Under the pieces are notes generated by a model. It was not told the origin of the DNA. It saw nothing but the letters and a program-made list of their open reading frames with translations, and did no database searches. This document shows positions 33,955 to 45,440 of a DNA stretch of 64,000 nt, piece after piece; position 1 is the stretch's first letter, and every line of letters begins with the position of its first letter. The position numbers and the translations under genes were made by a program. Source of the DNA: Amoebophrya sp. A120 (Eukaryota > Protista > Dinoflagellata); the NCBI GenBank assembly GCA_905178155.1, contig CAJINV010000005.1, positions 5,225,038-5,289,037 on the forward strand, given 5' to 3'.

Positions 33955-34228
33955 GATGAGCAGCAGCTTGCGTCCGCAGAAGCGGCCTCTCCACGACTCG
34001 GGTAGTTTGTCAACATGCAAAATGGACGATAAAAATGCATTCAGATAAAAAAAATTCACCAGCTTTAATATTTATGCTAGCGAGTCGTGCTTTGTCGCGG
34101 GCATAGTTCTGGCGTTGTTTCTTCTTTTGGGCCCGATTTATTTTATTGGCGCGGACCCGTGGAATCCAAGTTTGTGGGGAGTCTATACACTTATTGGGTT
34201 GCTTATCCTCTTGGTAAAGTTTGCGGGA

Positions 34229-34467
34229 TATCAAATGTAAAAGTGTCTGGGTCCTCTGGAAGAATGCAACGTGTGACGCTGCGTTTGGACTCCAAAAAAA
34301 TTTGTATTACCAAAGGAAATGCTACGCTGAGAAGGCATTTGTCATGCGGAACACGCAAAAAGAATCTGTATTGCTACCGTATGCATCTTCACAGACGTCA
34401 TGGCTCATGCAAAACGTGCGTGACAAGTGTCAGAATCTTCCAGACCCAGACACTTTTACAGTTGATA
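34229..34467. mobile_element. Introner family B
   Basis: DR CGGGA. Confidence 0.9.
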
Positions 34468-34536
34468 CGGGAGCTTCGTTGCTCCTCTTTTTTTTCGGGA
34501 CGTTTGTATTCGCTTTCTTTGGTACCGTGTACCTCA

Positions 34537-34710
34537 TATCCTCTGCAAAAGTATCGTAGTCGTACTATAATTGCTAATATGCATAACAAATCTTCTTCCT
34601 AAAGGTAAAACAAAAACAGCATTACAAATTCCATTTCTGCTCTTCTTGCCAAAATTTCTTGTAACGCAATTATTATACTAGTAGGTACGATACTTTTGCA
34701 AAAATGCATA
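34537..34710. mobile_element. Introner family A
   Basis: DR CCTCA. Confidence 0.9.
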
Positions 34711-34807
34711 CCTCAGTGTCGCCTGAAACAGTCAACGTGTGGAGCACGGTCATCCCTGATGGATTTGATACGAGGTCAACACGGACGGTTCACGAGAAAA
34801 AGGAAAA

Positions 34808-35086
34808 TATCCTGAGTAAAAACGTACCCACACCAGAGTTGTAATGCAGATTTGCAAAGACAGGAAGACTTGTAATGCGCATCCGCATGAGAGCCATTTC
34901 CAGTCGTGTTTTGGAATTTGTGATGCTGTGAACAGGATGAGCAGATGAATCTGTGATGCGGCTGCACTTGCTAACCTGCACTACACTGCAGAGCGCAACT
35001 TGTCATGCGTGACGCACAAAACTCCGAGGCTTGTGTTGCAAAATCCCCATCCTGACTCTGGTGTGGGTACGTTTTTACTTAGGATA
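34808..35086. mobile_element. Introner family C
   Basis: DR GAAAA. Confidence 0.9.
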
Positions 35087-35156
35087 GAAAACTATACGTC
35101 GTAATCGAACAAGAGCTCAAGAACCGCCAGTCAGATGCAGCGTCGAAAGAGCGCAA

Positions 35157-35519
35157 TATTAAGAGGAAAAGTCCCTCTCTCCCCATGTCAAACTGGAAAT
35201 TTGTGATGCTGATTTGTGGCCGCAGACCACCTTTGTCTTGCCTATATGGTTAACTTTGTGAGGAGCCACGCGGCGCACCACTCCGCAGCCAGTCTGTCCT
35301 GCGCTTATTTCGCCTACTGCGTAGTACCTGTTTGCTGTGCCCAGTTGCTCGCCTTGTTCTGCATTATACCCAAACATGATGGCCAGAAAATTTAATACTG
35401 CAAGAGAAACAAATCGATGTTTTGTGTAGGTGTACTTACGAAAATTTCCAGCGTCACAAACTTCAGTTTGATCAGTGATCACATTCGTAACAACAGGAGG
35501 GGGGGTTTTCCTTTTCATC
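35157..35519. mobile_element. Introner family D (degenerate)
   Basis: D-type TIRs; DR eroded. Confidence 0.7.
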
Positions 35520-36113
35520 GAGGAAGCGACGTGAGCAAAAGTTTTGAACTTGCTCGACCACCAATGCTGTGAAATTGTGATTTTTCTTTTTGTTTTTCAT
35601 TCATTTTACTTCTCCATTTTTCGTGATCGTGTCTTACATTCTTTCATTTCAACCTGTTCTTGCACTTGCAACAACTCACCATTTTTGTCACTAAATTTTG
35701 TAATATTAGTACCGTCACCTTGTAGTCGATGGATCGGCGATTGGTCCACTTATGAATCGGCGATCGATCCACTTATACAAGGAAGTTTTTTCCGACGCGT
35801 ATATAGGTTCTTAAGGTTGTCTTAAAATGAAAATCGCTACCCTGTTGTATATTGTCAGACATCAGGACCAACAGCTGCTCTTCACGTTGAAAACTTTTCG
35901 TGATGATTTTCTTATTCTTTCTGACTTTATTTGCACTCATAAACGAATTCGCGGAATTCACTGCTTCCGTTTATTCCCCACAATAAACTTTGTGGAATTT
36001 CATACATTTTTGACTTTGACACATAGCGCCTGCTGCATTCTTTTCTTTTCATATATTACATCAAAAGTACAACAAACACGACATGTTGGCACTAATGAAT
36101 TTATACAAAAATT

Positions 36114-36393
36114 TATCCTGAGTAAAAACGCCCCCACACCATAGTCAAGATGGGGAATCGGCTAGACAAATCCACAAGTTTTGGCTGTTTTGCATGACAA
36201 ATTTGGATTCGTAGTGTAGTGCTGTTTGAGCTAGCTCAGCAGCATCACAGATCTAGCAGACCATGCTGATTGGAGCATGACAAATTGCAAAACACGACTA
36301 GAAAATGCTTCTCATGGGGCTCCGCATGAGAAACATTTTCAGCATGCAGATTTGCATTACAACTATGGGGTGGGTACGTTTTTAAATAGGATA
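36114..36393. mobile_element. Introner family C (apparently intergenic)
   Basis: DR AAATT. Confidence 0.9.
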
Positions 36394-37840
36394 AAATTAT
36401 GCCAAAAGCAAAACTTATGGTACAAGATCAAAAGTTATTTTTTTGGTTCTGCAAGTCAGTATGAAAATGAATCTACTCAGACGATGAAGTGATCTACCAC
36501 GACCACATCAGGCACACACGAGGACCGACAGGTCGTGATCTACTACGTACTCTGTGCCCTCGAGGATAGGCGGAGATGACATCACTACAGATGCCGATGT
36601 GCTAGAAGCATATGCAATACGTATATAAGTAGTGGCTATAGTGCCTGTACTAGTTGTGGTCAGTCACGACCCATGTCGGATGTAAAAAAAAACAATTTCC
36701 AGGAAGTAGGTCGGCGTCTGTTGCGACGTGTTGCTTAAAGTACTATCATGCGCCAGCGACGGTGAAATAAATGGCGAAATCAGGAAGAGCAGGAACAACA
36801 CCAAGTCGCACAGGTTTTGATACGCTTCATCGTAGATTAAAAATACTGCCTAAAAATTGTGTAGACCACGTACTTAATGTTCTGGAATAGAGACCACGTC
36901 GTAAGAAATAAATGCCAGTCGTGGATGATTTTCTTGTGTGGCCATAAATGAACTGTATAGCTAGGGACTCACGTAGTCGCTTCCTTCTTCATTTTCAAAA
37001 AACCCTTCACAGGATGTGCTTACACATTTATGTTCAGTTCGCTATGCTACAGTGCTTATTTTCAAACTTCCCTTTGGGATTTTAGTTTTCAACATAAATG
37101 AACTGTATTGATAGATTTATTACGCGGCTGGCGCTGATTCCCATTCGCCGCAGCCTGAAAAAATTCTACGGTACCTGTTCCTCGTCCCGTTGTCCTGTAG
37201 TTGTTTCTTTTCCGATAGTGCAGCCGATTCATCAGTAGTAACAATTCGCTGTCTTAGGTAAGTAATTTCATCGCGGGATGAAAAAGAAAAAAGGTTCAGC
37301 TTCAGAAGCAACTACAATTATGCGATCATGATGCAACACATTTTTGACCAAGAAGATCCGTTTTCTTTTGTTGTAGTTGTGCCACCAAACGACGTTCCTG
37401 GTGAGAGCAGACCGAAGTGTCTAGATCCACTTACTAGCTTTACCTGGTAGAAGACGAGGTAAAGCACTCCTGCATCTTCCGGTCGTGCAGCTGGTCCTCG
37501 GGTGGATGTTGACCAGGTGTTGACCATTCGATCTGCCTGGAGAAGGAGCTGATAATGTAGTTGACCCGGTATTACTAACGATTCGACTTTGAAGAAGATG
37601 TTGATGTTGTGTGACTCACTTTATTTGAACAGGAGCGACTCTTTTACCATCATAATAAATTCGATGGCTAATTTTTATAAAAGACGATTGTCGGCCGCGA
37701 CTACAACACAACTATTCCTCCCCCGTAGAAGTCGGTCCTGCAAAGTTTAAGTGTAAGTATATAGCTCAAACCCACTAGTAGTATATTCGTGTAGTCTATC
37801 CCGAAGAAGAAGAAGAAAAACAAAAAAGGCAATATAGAAA

Positions 37841-40800
37841 ATGGCGACTTCCTCTTTATTCCGACAGAACCAGGACCAGAACGGCTACGGCATGAATCCG
37901 TCTGGCTTCCAAGCCGCGCCGTACCAACTGCACCAAGCAGTGGCCGTGCCACCCCCTCCCGCGCCACGGGATGTTGAACAACATCTTGTTCCAGGCGGAA
38001 GATCACCATCTACTGCCAGGGCGCATGATATTAAGCAAAACAAACATTCGAGAAGTAGAACAAGTAGTACCAGTCCAACTAGAACGAGTAGAGCAGGCCA
38101 CCACGACAGAAGTACAGGAACAACATCAAGTTCTACTGCCCAACAAGGTCAAAGACTCCTGAAGAACCTCCCGAGAGAGGCGGTGAATTGGGTATTTGCA
38201 GAGCCGGACACCTTGCCAGAAAACGTCTCCCTCTTTGCGATTACAAAACAGGAGCTGATCGCAGGAGGTTATGCACTGCAAAAGTCATCTAGCACTCGTA
38301 CTAATTCTTGCAGCACTGCTCCTGGTGCATGTATTTTGCAACTCCCTTCCTTATGATTAACATCCTCGTTGACCGCATATGCAAATTCCATTTCTACAGT
38401 ATTCATCTGGGCAATAAATGTGTGATGCGCGGCTTCCTACTTTAAGGTACGAAGATACTTTTGCAATGCATAGGGATCCACCACAAGCGACTACGACTAT
38501 CAACAACACCAAAGACTCCCCACAGTTTCTCTACCACGAGCATTACGGAAACCTGGCCGCGCACGATCCTGCTTTATTTTCAAATCAGCCACAGGCCGTG
38601 AGATTCGAGGCGAGGATACGGGCAGTAGTTCCTGTGGTTGATCATGATCAACACGACGGCGGTGCTGGGCGAGCGGCACCACCGGGGGCCCCCGGCGCGG
38701 CACAGGCGAGGAACTACACTTCCGAACAAGAAGTCGAAAAATTGCTGTCGATTGCGGTGCCACTCCCAGTACTACCAGAACCACCACATATTTACGGCCC
38801 GTCAACATCACAGGGGAACCTTTTTGACCAAGAATTCGACCGCTTTCTCTTCAACAGCGTGAACAGTATCGTACGAAAAAAGTGTTTCACTGTAGAGGAC
38901 TTTGCAAGTTTTGCATCACACGTTTGTTTTACATGACAGAGGGGTTCCTAAGGGCAAACACAGCTAGAATAAATCCACTGTCTTGCATGTGTAGCATGAC
39001 ACAAACTTCTGCGATTCATTTTCTGCGTCACAAGTTTACAGCGAAACAGTTTTTTGTTGCGATAAACAGTTGCGGCTTGTTAATCTCGGAGCAAATGGTC
39101 ATCGGCTTCCAACTGCCGACGCTCTTCAATACGTCGAATGTGAATCATCTCCCAGCAGGAGCTCAACAACAACTTCAGCAAGATCCTCAAATCGTGGAAC
39201 TGGACGGCCGCGTTGTGGCAGACTACCGACCCGCAGCGTTAGCTCTGGCTGAAAACAATCAAAAAGCAAGACCAGGATCAACACCTCCTTCCGGCAAGAA
39301 AGCCCCCGCGTCCTGTTTCACTTCCATCCGGCGCGCTTTGTGGCACCCCTGCTCTTATCAAATGCAAAAGTGTCTGGGTCTGGAAGATTTTGAGACTTGT
39401 CATGCTTGTCTGGCATGACCAAAGAGTTTGTGATGCGTGTCCAAGAAGAGACCCTTTTGCCTGTCATGCAAAAACGCAGTTTGGCATGCGAAAAACGCAA
39501 CACAAAGGAGCGCAGATATTGCTCATGCTTGCCTGTGCATTACAGAGCATAATTCACTATTCCCAACGCAGCATTACAAGTTTCCAGACATCCAGGGACT
39601 TTTGCAGTTGATAGCTCCGACACCCATGTGGTGGTGTTGTACCGGAAAACCGAGGAGGTCGCAGTTGTAGAGGACTCAACGGCCGCGGCACGAGGACCTC
39701 CAGAACTGGAGGCAAAAACGCTGTTCCATCTGATTGACCTCAGTGTGATGGACGAAGCTCCCGGAGTACAACTTCTAGAGCAGCAGTTTGTCGCTGATGG
39801 CAACTTACTAGTCGGAGGACGACCTGTAATACCGGCCGCGCAATTCACGCCGTCCAACGCAGTAGAAGTTGACGATTTTGATGGGGAAGGTGAGAGCGAT
39901 GCGGTGGATTTGTGTGTGGACTTCGCGTTTTGCACCGGAGCCAGTTCAACAGCTGCACAGGAACTACCAGGAAAAATCGGCGCAACTGGGGCTCTACAAC
40001 ACCTTCAAAGTCATCCTCGTTGCAGCTCTTCCGCAACAGGAGCTCAAGAGCATACAGTATTACCCACGTTCAGCAAACCGCTGTGGACATGCGTCTCCGT
40101 GTTGTTTCTGCACGAGTCGGGGAAAATTTTTGTGCGGCAGGATTTAGGGACTATCGTGCCGAAACAGATCTTGCTGCCCATAGCTGCGCATGACAAACAA
40201 CAAATGGACGACCAAAAGCTACTGCGCCTCCGGGAAGAGGGGTTGCTGAAGGTGAAAACGGTCACGAAGGAGGTGGTGGAGCGGAGTCGCTTGGTGGTGC
40301 AACAAGATAATTTGTATAGCGAAGACAACACGACAGCTGCTTTTTCTCATGCGCAAACCGCACAAGAACAACCAGTCCTCGAAGAGGTCTCTGCCGTCAC
40401 GTTTGAGGAGCACGCTACCGTCGTGACTGCCTCCTCATTATCCTGTGCGAAAGTATCGTACTCGTATTGCAATCATGCATTACAAATCCTTTTCTTAAGG
40501 TCAATCCGCATTACATTTCTCATGCTGAGGAAATTTGTAATGCATTTATACGAATGCTATACTTTTGCACAGGATACTCCTCGTGGGTGATCCGAGAAGG
40601 CGACGCCCAAGTAGAAGTAGATGGGACCACGAGTAGAAAAAATAACCACACAACTACAAGAAGTGAGCTGCAAAAGAAATACTCGCAGTTGGTGTTAATC
40701 TGCAGCAACCCCCTGCCGGTCATCGCGCTCATACACCAGCAGCAACAGCAGAGGGGACAACGAACAAAAGGCGACTTTAGTTCGACGAGAAACAAAATCG

Positions 40801-42851
40801 GGCTGTCTATCTGCACGGTGACCGAGACCGAGTGTGGGAGTGCCATTGACGATATGAAAGTGCACAACTCCCCCTCCCCCTCATTTGTGTAGCACGAACG
40901 GCAATACAAGAGTCAGCAAGAGTGCCGGTTTTGCATGACAAATTTCCACAAGAGTGTAGTGCTGTTCAGGCTTCCAGAGTTTGTCATGCAAACAGTGCCA
41001 AGAAACACAGTTTGGATTTGGTGTTTTGCATGACAAATGAGGGGGAGGGGGAGTTGTGCACTGTCATAGACGAGTTCGAACTGTGCGAAGAGGAGGAGAA
41101 GGAGCCGCAAAATTACGCCCGCGGAGACGAGAACATCGTTGACATTGTGGAAATCAAAAAAATGTATAAATAAAGCATAGCGAGGACTTCTTGTTGCACA
41201 CTCTAGACGCACACAACTGTGATGCGCTTGTTCTCGTCGCATGTTGACTTCCACACGATATTTTGATTATCAATTTTCACGGTGTTGCTGTAGGAGAAAT
41301 AAAATTGCTCACAACAGGTAGTAGAAGAACTACACCAGCTTCATCATTGTAGTTTGTCGCTTTGAGTAGAGATCTTCAAAACCTCTCTTTCCGTATAAAT
41401 CAAAACAGCTCACCATCTACCAGCGACATCACGGCTTCCACGACACTCGCGGACAAGTTTGTGATTCTCGGGAGAAAGCTGGCGTTTTTTGTGCAAATCA
41501 ACTGGCTCGAGCAGCTCACGAAGTCCAAATGGAGCGGGGAACTGCAGCCGTCGGTCTGCAAGGTGCTGAATACGAAAACGAAGAAGCAGATTGCGAACTT
41601 CTACTTCGCAGGAGCAGGCAGGAGGGAAGGTATAGGTGGCACATCAGGGCAGATCTAGATGCTTACTTGCAGACATTATGACAGCACTGCTCTGTCTTGC
41701 ACGACTCTACTATAGTCGATGACAAACGCGAGCTAGCTTTAGCATTGCAGAATTCAGCGAAAAAAAAATCAGGTGTACTGTTTTTCGAGGATGACGAAGA
41801 GATGAGTCTGCTGCAGACCCCAGACCAGACCCCCGAGAAACAGACCCCCGGACAGGACAAATCAGGCCTATTAAATAACCAGGCTAAGGCCGCAAATAAG
41901 CGTGGCGAACACGAGCTACTCATGGTACAGCAGCAGCTTGATAAAAACTACAATCTCGTCCACAATACCCTGTACCTCCCGTCCCAAGCCTTTAACTACC
42001 AACCACCTTTGCTGCAGCACTACGACGGAAGTAGAACAGGAATGAACATGGACGTGCCAGGAGGCGCGGCAGGCACCAGCTCCGGAACAGGATCAGGCCC
42101 GACACGACCTTCGTACCAAGCGGACCTGCTGCAAAACCAGAACCAGAACACGTTTAACTACCAGCAGCTGAAGCAGCAGGAGCGGAAACAGCGGGAGAAA
42201 TTAGAAACTTTATTGTTTAAAAACCCGGAATTGCTGCTACCCTCCGGGAATTTGTTCGGAATATCCTGTGCAAAAGTATCGCACTCGTATTGCAGTCATG
42301 CATTACAAATCTTGTCCTTAAGGCAAATCCGCATTACAAATAATTTTATTTCTCATGCTGAGGAAATTTGTAATGCATTTATACGAGTGCGATACTTTTG
42401 CAATGCATACGGAACGACAAGCAGCAAGAGTCTCGATATCGACGTGAAGGCGGTGGTCTCGCAGGTGCACAACGTGCAGAATGCGTTTGTGAATGAATTG
42501 CTGAAGAAAGCGGCGATCTTGAAGAAATACCGCGAGATGAAATCGGCGGGTGGTGAGCAGGGGCAGACCCTGAAACTGTCCACGCAGCAGTTGCAGGAAC
42601 TGAGTGCCAAAGCCGACGAAGCAGACAAAACGCAGAAGGAGCTCGAGGAACTGTTGATGAGTTTGACGAAGAAGCAGAAGGAGTTGAAACGACAGTTTTT
42701 GGATTTGGAACAAGCCTGCGTGCGGCAAGCGAGCGGGGAAAAAGCGGTGGAAATCTCGATTGGGTTGGAGGAACTGGGACGGAGGATCGGGGGCGGAGAT
42801 GTTGGGGGTGCTGGGGGCGGTGTAGTTGGAGTTCCGGGGTTGGTCCGATGA
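37841..42851 (+). CDS. NUP88: Nucleoporin Nup88/Nup82-like protein (beta-propeller plus C-terminal coiled coil); exon structure at 41160-41690 unresolved
   Basis: After introner removal: RALWHPCSDTHVVVL...LFHLIDLS...LCVDFAFC...LWTCVSVLFLHESGKIFV, matching my recollection of the Nup88 WHPxSDTH / VDFxF / LW..SV.L..dG.i.v series; coiled coil ELSAKADEADKTQKELEELL. Confidence 0.7.
38270..38472. mobile_element. Introner family A (diverged)
   Basis: DR GAGGT/GGGAT. Confidence 0.8.
38867..39064. mobile_element. Introner family I
   Basis: DR AACAG. Confidence 0.9.
39356..39613. mobile_element. Introner family B
   Basis: DR GCTCT/GCTCC. Confidence 0.9.
40439..40576. mobile_element. Introner family A
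   Basis: DR CTCAT/CTCCT. Confidence 0.9.
40853..41068. mobile_element. Introner family K
   Basis: TIR TATGA.AGTGCACAACTCCCCCTCCCCCTCATTTGT; DR GACGA. Confidence 0.9.
42262..42409. mobile_element. Introner family A (in-frame, stop-free)
   Basis: DR CGGAA. Confidence 0.9.
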
Positions 42852-45440
42852 AGCGAAGATCATGGGGGCGCGATTTGCGGCATCTTCATGCGGAAATGTT
42901 TTTAGTTGCGGCTTGATTGCCATTTGTTTTCTTACTTATGATTATCGGAAGATATTTTTATCGGCGCGGGCTTGTCCTAGTTGTAGTTTGAAAAACAGAA
43001 ATCGTGAAGCAGCCACAAGGCATTACTGGTACCAGAGAACCTGGAAGAGTCAGTGTTCAGTTCCCTTCAATGTAATTGCGTGCTGGCCTACAGGGAGCGG
43101 ACGTATGCATCAGGAGCGCAGCGAAGCGTCACGAATATAGGCACAAGAGGACACGCCGCGCGGACTGGTTTACTCCGCCCGACGAGCCCGCCGGGCGCGA
43201 AGACCGCGCCGCCCGGCGGGACCCCTAAGGAGGGAGGCCGCGGCGTGCCTCGTTTCCGCGGCAGTCGAGTCCAATGCTGCTGAGCCGCCTGCCGTGCTCA
43301 CAGCGCCCCGGCTGCGGCCAAGCGTGGCCCAGCAATTGCGCCGGACGAAGGTACGAAGCGGCCGGCCCGGCAGTCCGCATGGGGGCGCGCGAGGTCCAGC
43401 GGGGCCCACGCATCTACTTCGGTGGAGACGAAGCAGGGCCCTCGGGTACCCGGTGGGCAAGAGGCGGGGCAGTTTTGCTTTCGGATGGCCCCCGGCCGGG
43501 CGCGCGCTTTGTGGCCGGTCTGTGGCACGTCCGTGCAAGATTCGGCGCGCGCCCGCGGTTCGGGAACCTGCCGCGCCCCCGGCCCCAGACCGCGTAAACC
43601 GGGCGACTGGCGGACCGGCGGGGGAAGCCTCTCGCCCCGGCAGGTTAGTTTTTCCGTCTGTTGGGCAGCGCGCCAGCTTCCGTCGATAGAAATAACGGCG
43701 CGTGTGCTCCTACTTGGTGGCGTTGCCCTTCCGGCCCGCGCCGGTCCCTTGGGTGCGCCGGGCCCGCTTGCGGGGCGGGGGCGGCGGCTCGGTTTTGGGG
43801 GCCGCCGGCCGGGGCGTGCGCCCGCCGGCCCGCTCGCTTGCTTCCTTGGGCCCGGCGGGCCAGGCGCCCGGGGGCCTCACGGAGCTGGACAGGAAAGTAA
43901 CCAACCGAGTTTGGCCTCCCTCCGGTATCGATCCGGGCTCTTTCTCCTCGCACAGACGGGCGCCAAACCGAGGACACACACCCGGCCGGAGGGGGGCAGC
44001 GATTGGCCCCCTCTGCAATCGAAAAGGCCGCCGGGGGCGCGCGGCCGGCGGGCGGGGGACGCGGCCAGCTTGGGTGACCTGGCGCGCGCCCTGGGGTTTG
44101 GGCGACCGAGCGCCTAGCCCGGCCGGCGGCCTGCTGCGTCCCTCCGTTTCTTTGGTGGGGCGGGCTTGGCGCGCGGCCCACCGGCAAGCGACCGGCGCCT
44201 CCCTTGCCGCTGCCCAGGGGTAGCGTTTTGGCCCCGGGGAGTGTGCGTGTGTGTGCGCCCTCTTACTTTCCTGCGATCAGTCTTGCCAACTCGTGTTGCG
44301 CAGAGCGGTTTCGCTTGCCCGGGCCAGCCCGCGTTTGTGAGGAAGTGGGGCATGCATGGGGCAGGGGTCCGCGCCGGCTTTTGGTGGGCTCTTTCTGGCC
44401 GGCGCGGCGGCTTTTTAGGCCGGCAGCCGTTTGGAGGTCAAGCTTGAACAATTGGCACGCGCGGCTGTGTGTGTGCGTTATGTTTGTATGGCAGCCCCAA
44501 CCCGCTGGCGCGGTTGTTATTGCTTGAAGGTATCTATGTGTAAGTATAGCTGGTCCGTCCGGCGTATGTCTGAGTTTGTTCTTCTACTCCGGCCTTCTTG
44601 TCCTTCGGTCAAGTACAACTCTGAAAAATGGACTCGGTCATAAGTTTTGTAATTCACGCGTTGGCAGCACTCAGTCTCATTTTCCCCAGAAGCAGCACCG
44701 TCGTAATTTCGGTCTTTTGGATGTGCCTTGGATGTTCTGTTCGTCGGTCGCGGGCTCATCTTACGCTTTTTCCAAGTGAAATAAATCGCTGCTCAGGCTA
44801 TAGTTTGATTTTCTGCTTCGGTTCTTCACAAAATGAAGCGTTGCGTCGCGGTCGGTTAAGAGAGTATAGTCTTTGACACAGATTGACGCGCGTGGTCTTA
44901 CAACTTCGGTCTCATCTACATCTTGCGCAACCTTTTTCATCTTCGGTTGCAACGCACACCCTCCAGAAATCGGAGCCTGTCCTGGTACTTGCCGTATTTT
45001 CGTGGACGGATATGTGTCTCGGTCTCGGTCTCCTAAGTATTCGGTTTCTTCAGCTGAAGATTTTTTGCCTTGCTCTGCCTACGTATAAAACAAAAATCAG
45101 ATTAAGCTTTTTCATCTGCCAAAACAATCCGGCAGCACTTTACGACTTCTTCTGACATGACTTTGACTACGTCTACGACACTCATCAGATTCAGATCACA
45201 GCCAGGAATTATCTTAAATATCATGACTTTAGTTGTTGATCTTGATGTTGGTGGCGGCCCCGGGTGGGCCTCCACCTCGAAAGCCAAAACTGCGTGCCCC
45301 ACCCGTCCGTAAAAGTTATACCACTAGCCGCTTAACAATAATTCTCTGAGCAAACGGTATTTGTATTTCAAGAGGCAACTACCTCACATACCGGTCATTA
45401 TCTTCACGAATACGACCACGACAAGTTGTGCCTCAAATAA

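Larger units (their letters stand above)
31777..33972. repeat. Dispersed 48-bp module: two intact copies plus one split copy
   Basis: AGCCTGCCATGCGGATCTACCGGACCGACGCGAGCAGCAGCTTGCGCC at 32622-32669 and 33635-33682; halves at 31777-31798 and 33958-33972. Confidence 0.85.
34022..35105 (+). pseudogene. Degenerate hydrophobic membrane-protein gene fragment interrupted by introners
   Basis: Spliced frame ESCFVAGIVLALFLLLGPIYFIG...FGTVYLS, but in-frame TAA at 34046 and a stop/frameshift after 34716. Confidence 0.4.

Noticed and set aside
43170-44527. Overlapping 100-230-aa ORFs on both strands
   Set aside because: Stop-codon scarcity from extreme GC content; Arg/Gly/Pro/Ala composition in all frames
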